Made by a program: the position numbers and the translations under genes. The notes under the pieces were generated by a model, which saw only the letters and a program-made list of their open reading frames with translations, did not search any database and was not told the origin of the DNA. A stretch of DNA of 64,000 bases, taken from Callorhinchus milii (Eukaryota). The stretch lies in contig NW_024704742.1 of assembly GCF_018977255.1 (NCBI RefSeq), positions 30,692,001 to 30,756,000 on the forward strand, written 5' to 3'. Numbering within the stretch: the stretch's first letter is position 1; each line of letters starts with the position of its first letter. Shown piece after piece: positions 26,853 through 40,268 of the stretch.

Positions 26853-27188
26853 TATAATAATCCTCATATTTGATATAGCGCATTATGTCGTTGAGACGTC
26901 TCAAAGCGCTTCACAGAATATACTATAAAGTGAATTGACTATGTATTTTATGGGCGAAAAGCAGCAGAGGATTGAGTGATCAAATTGTTAATATTTAATC
27001 ATTTTGAATGCATTATTACCCCCGGAAAGTGATCCGCCAATAGACGAACAATAGGGTTCTTACTTACTGCTGGGTAAACCGAGGCATGTGGAGTAAGGAA
27101 ACTTGATAAGGTTCCGCCCACCACAGGAATCAAACCCAAGTCCTCTCGTCTGCGAATTGAGTGCTCTAACCAAAATGCTACAGGACTT
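26853..27188 (-). mobile_element. DeuSINE, longer subfamily, diverged
   Basis: Head, extra internal segment and tail are all recognisable. Confidence 0.8.
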
Positions 27189-27564
27189 CACGTTAATGGG
27201 TTTCATAAGATTTGAGACGGTTTCCCAAAAGATTCAAACCAAATAAAACCCAAAGTTTAAAATAAAACTTTAATTTTAAGAAATGTATTCTTGAATATTT
27301 CTAATTTTGTAACTCCCCAAATCACAAATAAATTATAAATAAATCCCTCCGCCACAAAAAAATAGGGGCCACGGGAAATATGTCATGGATACAAAAGCTT
27401 CAAACCCTACAGACCATATAAATTATGGCACCATAAAAGTTCACAGCACAACATCAAAGTGTGGTCGAGTAAAACGATGCATTGATCCACTTACACTTAG
27501 TGCCAGTCTGGTTCAGTTGGTAGCACTCTCACGGGATTTTAGTGTGAATAGAGCGTTTCAAAAA

Positions 27565-29517
27565 TCGCTGTCATCACTCCTATCCTTAAAAAATCCTCCC
27601 TGGACCCTTCTCTACTCCTTAACTACCACCTCTTCTCCAACCACCCTTTCCTCTCCAAGGTCCTGGAATGAGTTGTTGCTTCTCAGCTTCGCTCCTTCCT
27701 CTCCCGCCACTCCCTTCTCGACACCTTCCAATTGGGCTTCCTTGCCGCCCATAGTACAGAAACTGCCTTGGTCAAAGTGACAAATGACATTCTGTCCATC
27801 AGCAACCAGGGCTCCCTCTGCCTCCTCGACCTCTCTGCTGCTTTCGACACTGTCGACCACTCTATCCTCATCCATCGCCTCTCCTCTCACCTCAATCTCG
27901 ATGGCACTGTCCTTGATTGGTTCATATTGTACCTTTCACACCACCTGCACTTCATCTCCTCAAACAGCTTCTCCTCTAGCCTTCGCACTGTCTCATGCGC
28001 TGTTCCTCAGGGCTCTGCCCTTGGTCCCCTCCTCTTCAACATCTATATGCTCCCTCTTAGTGACATCATCCGCAGACATGGGGTCAACTTCCACATGTAT
28101 AATAATAATCCTTGCATTTGATATAGCGCTTTTCACGTCGGGAGGATGTCCCAAAGCGCTTCACAGAACACACTGTAAAGTGAATTGACTGTATATTTGT
28201 GGGCGAACGCGGCAGCCAATTGCGCACAGCAATGTCCCACAAACAGTCGTAGATTGAAAATGACCAATTTATTATTGTTTTTGTTATTTTGCAGGGATTA
28301 TTATTAGGCTCTGTGTGGAATAAGGAAACTTGCCCAAGGTTTCGCCCTGCCTGGATTGAACTCAGGTCTTTCGCTTGCAAAGCGAGTACTCTAACCACTG
28401 AGCTACAGGACTCCACCTCTTCTCCAACCACCCTTTCCACTCCAAGGTCCTGGAACGAGTTGTTGCTTCTCAGCTTCGCTCCTTCCTCTCCCGCCACTCC
28501 CTTCTCGACACCCTCCAATTGGGCTTCCTTGCTGCCCATAGTACAGAAACCGCCTTGGTCAAAGTGATGCGGATGACATCCAACTCTACCTCTCTGCCTC
28601 AACCCTTGACTCCAGGTCCACTGCTGTGCTGACAGAATGTCTGTCAGACATCAAGTCCTGGATGAGAGCTAACTTTCTTCAGTTACCTCGAGGCCTTCCT
28701 GATTAGCTCCCGTCAGCGCCTCCTCACCTCAGGCGCTGACAGCATCACCATCCATGGTTGCACACTCCACCTTGCTAAGCCAGTCCGGAACCTTGGGGTC
28801 TTGTTTGACCCTCAACTATCCTTTCTACCCCACATCTGCGCCATGATCCGCTCTGCCTCCCCCACCTCCGCAACATTGCCCGGCTCCAACACTGTCTCAC
28901 ACCGCAGGCTGCCAAAACCTTCATACATACCTGCATTACATCAAGGCTCGACTATGCATACTCACTGCTTGTCGGCCTCCCCAACTCCTCCCTCCACAGG
29001 CTGCAGATCATCCAGATTTCTACAGCCCGTATCCTCTCCCGCGACCCTATCACCCCCATCTTGCCCAACTCCATTGGCTTCTCATCACACAGAGGATACA
29101 GTTCAAGATCCTGGTCCTCACCTTCAAAGCCCTCCACGGTCTTGCTCCCCCTATCTCTCTGATCTCCTAACCCCTTACCACTCTGTTCACTCCCTCCCCT
29201 CAGCGGGCTCTGGCCTGCTTGACATCCCCCGCCTTGCTCGCTCCACTATCGCCGGGCAGACCTTCCGCCATTCTGCACCCACCCTCTGGAACTCCATCCC
29301 ACAGTCCCTCTGTCTCGCCCCCTCCCTCGCTACCTTCAAAACTCACCTCAAGACACTCCTCTTCGACAGTGCTTTTGATCTCCCTGTCTTCTGCCCCACC
29401 TTCCACCCTCCACCACTCCAACCCTCAGCTCAGGTCCATAACTCTGTCTGTCCAGCGCTTTGGGACGTCCTCCCGATGTGAAAGGCGCTATACAAATGTA
29501 TTTTTTTGTTGTTGTTC
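27565..29517 (+). mobile_element. L2 LINE (RT to 3' tail), interrupted by a SINE plus a duplicated segment
   Basis: HSTETALVKVTND, LDLSAAFDTVDH, VPQGSALGP, split FHMY|ADD, 3'UTR and ttgttgttg tail. Confidence 0.92.
28101..28414 (-). mobile_element. Young DeuSINE inserted in an L2 RT region
   Basis: Near-identical to the copies at 37069 and 59738. Confidence 0.9.
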
Positions 29518-29699
29518 CTGGAGCTGCACTGGTTTCAAGAAGATGTGCTTATCAAAGCCAGATGGATCCAAAGCAACCTATGTGATTATAGAGAGCGGAT
29601 AGAGTGGTTCTAGCAGGACAAGTATACAGGTTATTACTGTCAAGTGTAGTACAATAACAACTTGCATTTATATTGCACCTCACTACCTCTCCAACCTGC

Positions 29700-30012
29700 T
29701 TACACCTTAACCCACTACCTATTGCCTCTACTCGACTGGCACAGGCCTCCTGCTTGTCCCTCGGGCCCTATGTTCCACCATCAGTGGCTGCGCTTTCAGC
29801 CACTACACCCCGAAACTCTGGAACTCTCTCCCTCAATCCTTCCAAATTGCCCAGTCCTTACCCATCTTCAGGTCCCGCCTGAAGAACTTTCTCTTTGACA
29901 AGCTTACAGTCACCTCCCCCTCTCTCCGGCTCAGTGTCAAGCTCCACCAGTATCAAGCACTTTGAGACTCCACCCTGAGTGAGGGGCACTATATAAGTGC
30001 AAGTTGTTGTTA
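29700..30012 (+). mobile_element. Old L2 3' end
   Basis: ccaccatcagtggc...actctggaactc motifs and a gttgttgtt tail. Confidence 0.7.
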
Positions 30013-30646
30013 TACAGTATCTTCGATGTACAGTAACATCTTGAAATGCTTACATATATTGTTTCCTACAAATGCACAGTCACTACAGGTGACCTGAGAA
30101 GAGCTTCAAGACATGTTCAATATCAATATCAGCTCCAATATTAACTGCAAGGATTATTAAGTACTATGCTGTCTAGTAACCAATTGTTCCTCTTAAATTA
30201 AGGCCAAAGCCACATTTAGAGGCATTTAATCTACCAAATATTCCTATCTGTCTGAATTACATGCTGATATGTTTTAAGAAACTGTTTCTTCCATTCATGG
30301 CCGGCCACTGCTGTCTTTACCAATTAAGAACAGCAGTTGCCCCTCCAGCAGGTCATTAACAACACTTCAGTTTGATTATGTAAATTTGTTGATAGCAGAT
30401 ATCTTACAAGAAAGGGAATTCATAGATCTTCCCTTAAATACATGATTGTTTCAGTTAAGTGGAAATGGTTTATGCTGGACTGCAGGAGATGAGGATGCCT
30501 GAATTGGGCTATCTGGACAGATGAGTCAGTTACAATTCATTTTACATTATTGGTTGAATTATTTCAGAAAGCAATATATGATAAATCAAATAGCACTAGG
30601 TCTGCCAGGCTAAGTCAACCCTTAAAATTCACCACAATCAGTACTA

Positions 30647-30743
30647 GGGAGAACCCACTCGTGAGTCCCCTCTCCCCTCAGGAGAACCCATTCATGACTC
30701 TCACTCTCTCCAGGAGAATCTACTTGTGACCTCCCCACCCTTT
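30647..30743. repeat. Degenerate minisatellite, about 32 bp x3
   Basis: ggagaa(c/t)c(c/t)a...gtga/atga units start at about 30647, 30680 and 30712. Confidence 0.7.
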
Positions 30744-31494
30744 CCTTCCCATCAATGCATCAGCAACTGATACCACTCCCCTGGCTCCCTCCTTCCGTAT
30801 CTTCACAAATATCATTCAGATTCATCTACAAGATACACAGCCACATCATTTTACAGGAAATGCTGTGAAGCGCTTTGAGATTTCCTCCTCGTTGTGAAAG
30901 GTGCCATATGAAACATGATGTTTATTAGATCAGATAATAATCCTTGCATTTGATATAGCACCTTATGTCTTTGAGACGTCTAAAAGCGGTTCACAGAATA
31001 TACTGTAAAGTGAATTGACTGTATATTTTGTGGCCGAAAGGATCAAAGTGCACTAGGTGACGTAGTGGGGTTGGGGTACAAAGCCTTTGCCCACCTTTAG
31101 ATCCTTTAGGATAGGATGCATTTCACAGTTCTGCAGTAACTATAGGACGTTGGCTACAGAAAAGAGAGTGGTAAATATCTGCATTTCTGTGTTTCCCTTT
31201 TGTATTTTCTTTTACAACCCATTCATCAGGATGTTATCTTGTCAAAGTACTAAGTTGCTGGAGGAATAAAGCACTGCAGATGGCAACATAAACATGAGGG
31301 TAAAGATTACATGCTGCCTAATCCCCAGAGGCCAATATTATGCTGGATATTTTGCATTAGCCATGTGATGACTGAAATGAATGTAATATCATTTAATGTC
31401 AAAGGCCACAGGCATCCAATCAACAGATGCCAGGCTGATATTGTATTCCTTTAGCAAACACACCTGAATCATGTTGAATACGATTTTGTTTAAA

Positions 31495-31775
31495 ATCCTT
31501 TCATTTGATATAAGCTTTTCACATCAGGAGGATGTCTCAACATTCTTCACAGGATTTACTCTCATTTGTAGTGACTGTGTGTATCTTGTAGGCAAATGTG
31601 GCAGTCAATTTGCACACAGCAATGTCCCACAAACAGCCATGGAGTGTATGACCAATTTTTATTTGGGGGATTGTTGTCCAGGATATCAGCAGAAACTCCC
31701 TTCTCTTTTTGAATCTCCCATGGGATCTTTAACAACCATCTGAACATGAACAGACTTAACGTCTCATCCAATTGA
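31495..31775 (-). mobile_element. Older DeuSINE
   Basis: Tail, Deu core and catgggatctttaac. Confidence 0.75.
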
Positions 31776-32964
31776 TGGGGAGGAGAAGGGAGAGGGGATT
31801 TGAATGACACAATCTCACAGCAAATGCTGAGTTGGTAGTCGTGGATTCAAATCATTCCTGTGTTATTGTGGTAAGGTGTGAATCATTTCATGCTGTTGGT
31901 TCAACAGAAATTGACTCTAAAAACAAACTGAATTGTATAAACCCTGGTTTCAGGCTCATAATTGCCAAATGAATTGTGCTGTTGTCAGCCTGCCCATTCC
32001 ACCTGATGGTGGTCTGCAAGCTAACAATTCTGATTCCTCAACACTGAACGCTAATGGTCTTCGGAGCCAGTTAATGGAGGTGGCACATAAATCGCCTCAA
32101 ACCCTCCCTCCTCTGCAAATGAAATTTTTGAGCAGTAAATATAAATTTCCTTGATGCAATTTGCCTTTCTGCTTGAAGTAATTTCAAATTCAAATAAATA
32201 AAAGAATAATAATTTGGTCACTGAATCCACGTGGCACACTGCTGTTCCAATTGGCTGCCGTGTTTTGCCCACAACATATACAGTCAATTCACTTTACAGT
32301 ATATTAAGACGCTATATCAAATGCAAGGATTATTATATTATAATTTCAAATTGCTTCCAACAGTATAATTAATACAATCTGCCCCAACAACTGGCTGCAT
32401 TGATACTTTCAGTTCACCAGCAGTAATTCCAGTCATTGATGGAGAACACATGAAGTTGCATTTGTACCACTGAAAATATCATCCTAATTAATTATAATTA
32501 AGTGCTATGTTCCAATTCAAATGAGTGATAACATTTCTGGCCATCAGATTTTCTCCTTCAAGAGGTATAATTTAATAAGCTAATGTAATTATTAATCTTG
32601 ATTCTTGATATAGTTCCCTTTACATCAGGAGGACATCTCAAAACTCTTCCTAAGTTTCACTGCAAAGTGGGTACTATTTTTTTTGTAGGCGAATAGACCT
32701 GTTTGGCACACCAAGATGGTTGCATCACCTGAACCCATCTTTCTGTCGATCCATCAAAAATCACACTCTCGAATGGTCTGATGTCACACCAATCCTGTAA
32801 GAAATGTGCCCTACTGCAACCCATCATCCACTTCAAACCCATTTGTTACACAGCCTACAATACCTGCCTTGATAACTTTACTAACAGTCAATAGCCTGTC
32901 AATCTGAGACGTGCAGCTTGGCAATCCACCTCATTGCCCCCCCCCCCCCCCCCACAACCCCTGA

Positions 32965-33220
32965 TTAGGTTTAGCTGGTTAAACTCCAGCAATGGTTACT
33001 CAGGGATTCCCCAAGTATTGGTTCTTGCCAACCTGTGCTTAATACTCTACACTAAGAATTGGGTAGGTAGGTAAGCAAGGTGCATCCCTCCAGAGAGAGA
33101 GAGTGCAATGTGCAGGGGAATTTCCATGGCATACAAATGTGGAATTCTCAATCTGGTCTGGATTTAAGCATGGTGATGGGTTTCCACATGAGTCAGAATC
33201 CTGACTGACCAAAAGAAAAT
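32965..33220 (+). mobile_element. Diverged copy of the poly(A) retroposon
   Basis: tggtgatgggtttccacatg...ctgaccaaaagaaaa 3' end. Confidence 0.7.
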
Positions 33221-34879
33221 TAATTTTTAAAAAAACAATTTTGATTTAATATGTGCCAACGTAAAAACAGATCAGTCCATTGGCTCCACCACTTGGAACA
33301 ACACACAACAATGCTTTCCAAAACCTCCTGAAGTGTGGACCCCACAGACTAGAAATGTTATCACCCGTTTGAATGCCACAGGTTGAAACCCTGCAATTTC
33401 TTTTTTTTAAATATATAAACTGGTGCTGGCGCAAAATGTAATTTGCAAGACTTTGTTTTCTCCAGCTCAAACAGAATACAGCCCTTCACCCTTTTCCAAC
33501 CCTTATAAGCAGCATTGTATTCATTTATTCTATGTGGGTCATCACAATCTCATTACTATTCTTAAAGTCACGTAAAGGATACCACAAGTAGAACATAAAA
33601 CAGATGAACTATTGTTATGTACAATAGCGACCAGCACTAATACTATCATGTCACTGAAATAGAAAAGGGATGTTTTTACTGGACCATAATTTGACTTAAT
33701 TTCACCTTCTCTAATGATATCAATACATCATTGAAACAGAAAATGGGAAGTTTCTAACTGGAACAGCAGAAGCAGCATTCACTTAAACTATTAGACAAGA
33801 GCACACCACACAGCATACTGGTTGAAATACACACAATATGTTCATCTTTTAAAAACAATTCAGATTGCAGGAATTAAAGTTGCCCAAATGCAAATCAAAT
33901 CAAGCCCATTGCTATCTTAAATTCACTCCTCCCCTCCCCCACATTATTTATTTCAAGTCAAACCTGTGCTTCCCACATCAAGCACCATCATCAGGCGATC
34001 TCCTGGCACTCTATAATCGGTCACTAGATGACAAGCATGAGTGATTTCTTACTTTCCAGGAACACACAACTGATTCAAGCACAGCCCAAAGCACAAAGTG
34101 TATTGGAACAAATGCTTTCAGTTCAAGTTACGTTGACCTGAATGAAATGTAATCTTGTATGGTTGACGGTATAAAACAGTGTATTAAGACAAATAGAACT
34201 GATAATCTCTATCCTTCCACGTGTCACAAAGCTCAATACCCAATCACACAGGTATTTAGCAGACCCTTACCTTTAACCTTGTCCCACACTTATCCTGCTC
34301 CACTTAATGTGTCACAGCCTCCACTCTGTTTACCAATTGCATTCTCAGACTCTGCACACCAGCTTCTAACAGAATGCTCTGCAGACTGACTCAGACAAGA
34401 TCCTTGACTGTCAGTTTCAGCACAAAATAATATGTTTAATCCAAGAATATAATAATAATTCTTGCATCTCATACAGAGCCCACAAAATACAGTCAATTCA
34501 CATTACAATATATTCTGCGAAGCGCTTTGAAACATCTCAATGACGTGTTAAAACGTCCTCCCGACATGAAAGGCGCTATACAAATGTAACCTTGTTGTTG
34601 TTGTAAAGCATCTCAATGATGTGTTAAGATGTTATATCAAATTCAAGGATAATTACTATCATCATGCCATTAAGATGTCTCAAAGTGCTTATAAGATATA
34701 CTGTAAAGTGGATTGACTGTATTTTGTGATTGAATGAGGATAATGAAGTTTACAAGTTTACATGCTTTTTAAAAAAATTCTGAGTTTTTTTTATAGATTA
34801 CTCCACTGGTATTGGCAAAAAATGTTTTAGTAATAAGCTGGGCCAATAGAAAAGTGTGGTGGCACTTCTCTCTATATGG

Positions 34880-35085
34880 ATTTGTGAGTGTCTGTGTGTG
34901 TGTGTCTCTCTCTGTTTGTGAATGTCTGCATGAGTATGTTTGTGTCTCCCTCTCCTCTGTATGATTGTGGATGTACCTGTGTGTGTCTCTCTGTATGTTT
35001 GTGAATGTCTCTGTGTGAGTGTACGTCTCTTTCTGAGAATGTGTGTGTCTGTGAGTGTGTGCGTCCCCCTCTCTCTCTGTGTCAT
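34880..35085. repeat. Compound (TG)n/(TC)n low-complexity tract
   Basis: Seen directly. Confidence 0.85.
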
Positions 35086-35087
35086 GG

Positions 35088-37905
35088 AATCATTGAATTA
35101 TACAGCACAGATGGAGGCCATTCGGCCCATCATGTCTGTGCCAGCTCTTTCAAAAGAGCTATCCAAATCAATCCCACTCCCTCGCTTTCTCCCCATAGCC
35201 CTGTAAACTTGTCCTCCCCAAATAATTATCTACTTTCACACATTCAGGTAATGTCTCCTCACCTCTGTTTCTTTTAACAACTATCTTAAATCGGTGTTTC
35301 GGGTTACCAACCCACCCGTCGGTGGAAATTGGTTCTCCTTGTTAACTCTATTGAATTCTCTCATAATTTTGAAAACTTATATTAAGTCTCCTCTTAACCT
35401 TCTCTGCTCCAAGGAGAATAATCCTAGCTTCTCCAGCCTCTCCTGATAACTGAAGTCCTTCATTCCTGGTACCACCCTGGTAAATCTTCTTTTCACCCTC
35501 TCCAATGCCTTGACATCCTTCCTAAAGTGTGGTGCCCAGAACTGAACACAGTACTCTAGCTGAGGCCTAACCAGTGTTTTATAAAGGTTCATCATAACTT
35601 CCTGACTTTTGTATTCTATGCTCCCATTTATAAAGCCTAGCATCCCGCATGCTTTCTTAACAGCTTTATCTACCTGTCCTGCCACCTTCAAAGATTTACT
35701 TATATAAACCCCCAGGTCTCTCTGTTCCTTCACCCCTTTTAAGATTCTACCATCTAGCTTACATAGCTTCTCCCCATTCTTCCTCCCAAAAAGCATCACT
35801 TTGCATCTCCATATTAAACTTCACCTGCCACGTGTTTGCCCATTTTACCAGTCTGTCTATGTCCTCTTGCAGTCTGCTACTATCCTCCTCACTGTTTACT
35901 ACTTTTCCTAGCTTAGTATCATCTGCAAACTTGTACTCTCTATACCTAAGTCCAGGTCATTCATATAGATCAAAATCAGCAGTGGTCCCATTACCGACCC
36001 CTGGGGGACACCACTGCACACTTCCCTCCAGTCAGAAAAACAACCGTTCACCATCACTCTCTGCTTTCTGACTCCCAGCCAGTTCTGTAACCATGTTGCC
36101 ACTGTCCCTTTAATGCCGTGGCTTTCTATTTTGTTTACAAGCCTCTTAAGCTGCACTTTATCAAACGCCTTTTGAAAATCCATATAAACTACATCAACTG
36201 CATTACCTTCATCCACCTTCTCCATCCAAAAACTCGGTCAGTTTTGTTAGACATGATTTGTCTTTAACAACTCCGTGTTGGCTGTCCTTTATTAAACCAT
36301 ATTTTCTAAGTGAAAATTTATTTTGTCTGGATTATAAACTCTAGAAGTTTCCCCACTACTGACGTTAGGCTGACTGGCCTGTAGTTCCCAGGTTTATCCT
36401 TCTGGCCCTTTTTGTACAGGGGAGTAACATTTGCAACCCTCCAGTCCTCTGGGACTACCCCAATGTCCAAAGAGGATTGAAAGATTGTGGCCAGAGCCTC
36501 CGTTATTTCCACCCTTACTTCCCTCAGTAATCTAGGATGCATTCGGTCCAGCTCAGGTGACTTATCTACCTTGAGTACCGACAACCTTTTTAGTACCTCC
36601 TCTCGGTTTATTCTTGTCTTATCCAATTTCTCTACCCTCTCCTCCCATACTGTGGCATTAGCTGCATCCTCTTTTGTGAAGAGATGCAATGTACTCATTC
36701 AGTACGTCAGCCATGCCCTCTGCCTCCACAGGATTTCCTCTTTGGTCCCTAATTGGACACACCCTACTTTTGACTAACCTTTCATTTTTTATATGCTTAT
36801 AAAATACCTTAGGTAACCTTAGGGTTACTTTTTATGTTACCTGCTAATCTTTTCTCATCCAATCTCTTTGCCCCTCTTATTTCCTTTTTTGTTCTCCTCT
36901 GTACTTTCTAATATTCTATTTGATTATCTTCTGTATTTTGGACCAACATTTACCATAAGCCTCCTTTTTCTGTTTTATTTTAATCCCGATTTTCTTATTC
37001 ATCCAGCGAGGTTTGAATGTCATACCTTTCCCATTTGTGGGAATTTATTTATTCTATCACAGAACTATCGGAGTCCTGTAGCTCAGTGGTTAGAGCACTC
37101 GCTTTGCAAGCGAGAGACCTGAGTTCAATTCCAGGCAGAGGGCGAAACCTTGGGCAAGTTTTCTTACTCCACACGCCTAATAATAATCCCTCCAAAACCA
37201 AAAACAATAATAAATTGGTAATTTTCAATCTAGGACTGTTTGTGGGACATTGCTGTGCGCAATTGGCTGCCGCGTTCGCCCACAAATATACAGTCAATTC
37301 ACTTTACAGTGTGTTCTGTGAAGCGCTTTGGGACGTCCTCCCGACGTGAAAAGCGCTATATCAAATGCAAGGATTATTATTATTATTATTATTATCTCCT
37401 CCTTGAAATCCACTCCACTTGCCCCACTTAATATATATATAACATTGCTTGTTAGTTGTTTTACCTGCCAATCTTTCTTTCCAGTCCACCTTGGCTAGGT
37501 TCCTTTCTAACTGAAATTTTAAATTAGCCCTCTTCCAGTTGAGTATCTTCACCATTGATTGCTCCTTGTCCCTTTCCATAAGTACTATACTGATCCAGAA
37601 AGTTATCCTGTACATATTTCAGGAATCCTTCCCCCTCCTTACCCTTTACGCTGTTATTTTGCCAGTCTATGTTAGGATAATTGAAGTCCCCCATTATCAC
37701 TTCTCTATTGGTTTTGCATCTTTCTGAAATCTGCTTACAGATTTGTTCGTCTGTCTCCTTCCAACTGTTTGGTGGTCTATAGTATACAGCTAACAGAGTA
37801 ACAGCTCCCTTTCTGCTCCTTAACTCTAACCAAATAGATTCTGTTTTGGGACCCTCTAGCACTGTGTCCCTTTCCAGGGCCATAACCATGTCTTTATTCA
37901 ATATT
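35088..37905 (-). mobile_element. CR1 LINE, about 2.5 kb of degraded ORF2 (endonuclease + RT) with 3'UTR
   Basis: VYYRPPNS, MGDFNYPNIDW, VPEDWRVANVTPLYKKG, GNYRPVSLTSVVGKLLE, VVYMDFQKAFDKV, SGVPQGSVMGP and LVRPQLEYCVQFWAP motifs, with frameshifts and stops. Confidence 0.95.
37069..37394 (+). mobile_element. Young DeuSINE inserted in CR1
   Basis: ggagtcctgtagctcagtgg head through to a (TTA)n tail. Confidence 0.92.
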
Positions 37906-37944
37906 GTCAATTCCCTCCTTTTTTTCCTTCCCTATCCCTCCTGA

Positions 37945-38042
37945 ATGTGTGTGTGTGTCTCTCTCTCTCTGTGTCTCTGTCTGTGTGTGTGTGCGCATTT
38001 GTGTGTGTGTATCTATGTCTCTCTCTCTGGGTCTGTGTGTGG
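37945..38042. repeat. Compound (TG)n/(TC)n tract
   Basis: Seen directly. Confidence 0.85.
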
Positions 38043-39739
38043 TGCTGGGCCCTGAGAGCTCATATAGCCTCTATGGTGTGTACCCCCCAACTCCCCACCA
38101 AAAAAGGCCACCCAAAAAGCAATTAATAGTTAGGCATATGTATAAATACATAAATAAATATGACTAGGATATTGACAGCATGATGACCTAAGTTAAGGCA
38201 GGGTTGAGTTATCAGGAGTTTGCTGTGTTCCCTTTTGTGTACCTATCAAAATCTCTTTAAAAGAAATTTGAGGGACTTGGCTTCAAAGGGTAGAGATTCC
38301 ACATTCCAGTAAACCTTTTGTAGAATTTTTTTTTCGACCTTTAATTCTTTTGGGGATTATCATAAATTTGTGCCTCTTGTTACCGATTCAGTCAGCATTT
38401 CATTACTCTTTCACACTCTAACCCCACCCCCAGCGCCCAGGGAATTCAGGTTAGGCTCAGTCAATCACATGGATACATTTACCACTTTTCTGGTATAACG
38501 TTCACCATCACTCACTAGAAGGTGAAGTTACAATATATAACTATTAATATCAGATGAAGCTCATTCCCACTGATATGAATAGATGAAAAGCCCTTTCTAC
38601 AGGAGACTACAGGAGTGTGAAATGCGTTTGAAAACCAATCGATCTCCTATAGACCCAAAAGGTTTGAGGTTTGTCCTTCACACCCCGTTTTGAGGATCAT
38701 TTCCTGAATGTAGTAGGGGATACGAAAAAAAAAGGGACCACACGAGGACAAGGATGGACTTAATTGAAATAGGTAGCAATCAATTGGTCAATTGCTCTTT
38801 GGCACCTCCGTTTATCTAATTGTCACACATCATATAGCAGCACTGTACGGAGGCAATGGGAAAACAGAGATGAGTTCTGTGGAAGAGATGAGATCAAAGG
38901 GCCGAAAGCAGCCACATCAGTAGCTCGCTTGTGATCTTTTGACAAACCCGACAGGCAAATTAACTTCTCATCCAGGACTGTTCTAAAAATACCTGAATGT
39001 AGTTCATGTCAACACACACTGGGGGTTGTAGACTGAATGAATTTGATCTCTCATGAATTGTTTTCTCATGTATGTTGCAGCCAGCCTTTCAATCATATTG
39101 TACCACCAGGAGATGAGCAACTAATACAAGTTCCCTCAATTTCTAGTTAAGATCAGTCCCAAATTATCTCCTTGTCCAGTTCAGAAATACCAGTTTCCCT
39201 CACACAAGGCTCAATCAGATTAAAGTCTTATCCCTTTGATCTTCCAACGTTTAAAACATTTTTATTCAATTCATAAAATCCTTTTGGACAACTAGGATAG
39301 ACAGACAGCTGTTATCTTTCAGTGGCCTCCTAAAGCACTGATACCTGTGTGCTTTGAAAAGTGTATGGAAACAGCTTTGATTCACTGTGGCAAACTCTTG
39401 ATTTTAATGAATTGAACTGTGATTTCTTCCAATCGCTGCAATGCCAAGATAGTGAATTGACATATAATTTTACAATGCGACCCATTTAAAGTCTCAGTTG
39501 ATTTCCCCACCACCACCCCCTTCATGCTCTCTCCTAACCTAACTAGGTCAACTCCTCTTCGACCATGCCTTCAGTCACTCTCCTACCCTTACCCTCCCTG
39601 CCCTCCGCCACTCTTGATCCCAATGTTCTGCTTGGGTCTAAATCCTTAACTGTCCAGTGCCTTGGGACATGCTCCCGACATGAAAGGCGCTATACAAATG
39701 TAATTTATTGTTTGTTGTTGTTGCTACCAGACCTTCATC

Positions 39740-40065
39740 ATAGGAACATAGGGAAACAGGAACAGAAAGATGCTATTCAGCTCAGAAAGACTGTTTCACC
39801 AGTTTAGTAGATCTTGGCAGATCTTTTAATACCAATTCCTTGCCCTTTTGTTCTATCCCTTAACACTGCTACTTGCCAATGTCTGTCTCTCTTTTAAACA
39901 TCCCTATTAATTCCACTTGTACAGCTTTCTGGAGCAGAAATTTCCAGAATACCACAGCTTCACAGCCCTCAGTGTGAAGAAATATATCCTGACCTGAGTT
40001 CTAACCACCTTGGTTCTGATCTTAAACCTATGTCTCGCCATTCGATGGTGCAAAGTGCTTAAACT
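39740..40065 (-). mobile_element. Old CR1 3' end
   Basis: RHRFKIR...YFFTLRAVKLW remnant with a cataggaacatagg tail. Confidence 0.7.
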
Positions 40066-40154
40066 ATGACCCAAGGAAACATCCATCAAACTATAGATAT
40101 TCCTCCAATATGACTGAAAGCGATCGGGGGTGGGGATTGGGGAATAGCATTGCA

Positions 40155-40268
40155 TTTTTATTTGGCTAGGTGGGCGACTGGCACACACGGAAACCAATCA
40201 CCATGCTTAAGAGTATCCAAACCAAACAGAGTTCCATGCATCCCACCTACATCTGGCAATTCCCATGG
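40155..40268 (-). mobile_element. Short 3' copy of the poly(A) retroposon
   Basis: gcttaagagtatccaaaccaaac...catcccacctac. Confidence 0.7.

Noticed and set aside
30647..30743. CRISPR-like periodicity
   Set aside because: A degenerate tandem minisatellite in eukaryotic DNA, with no repeat-spacer structure
37069..37142. tRNA-Ala-like gene (also at 59738, 28340 and 1595)
   Set aside because: It is the SINE head: the acceptor stem is imperfect and it runs directly into the Deu body
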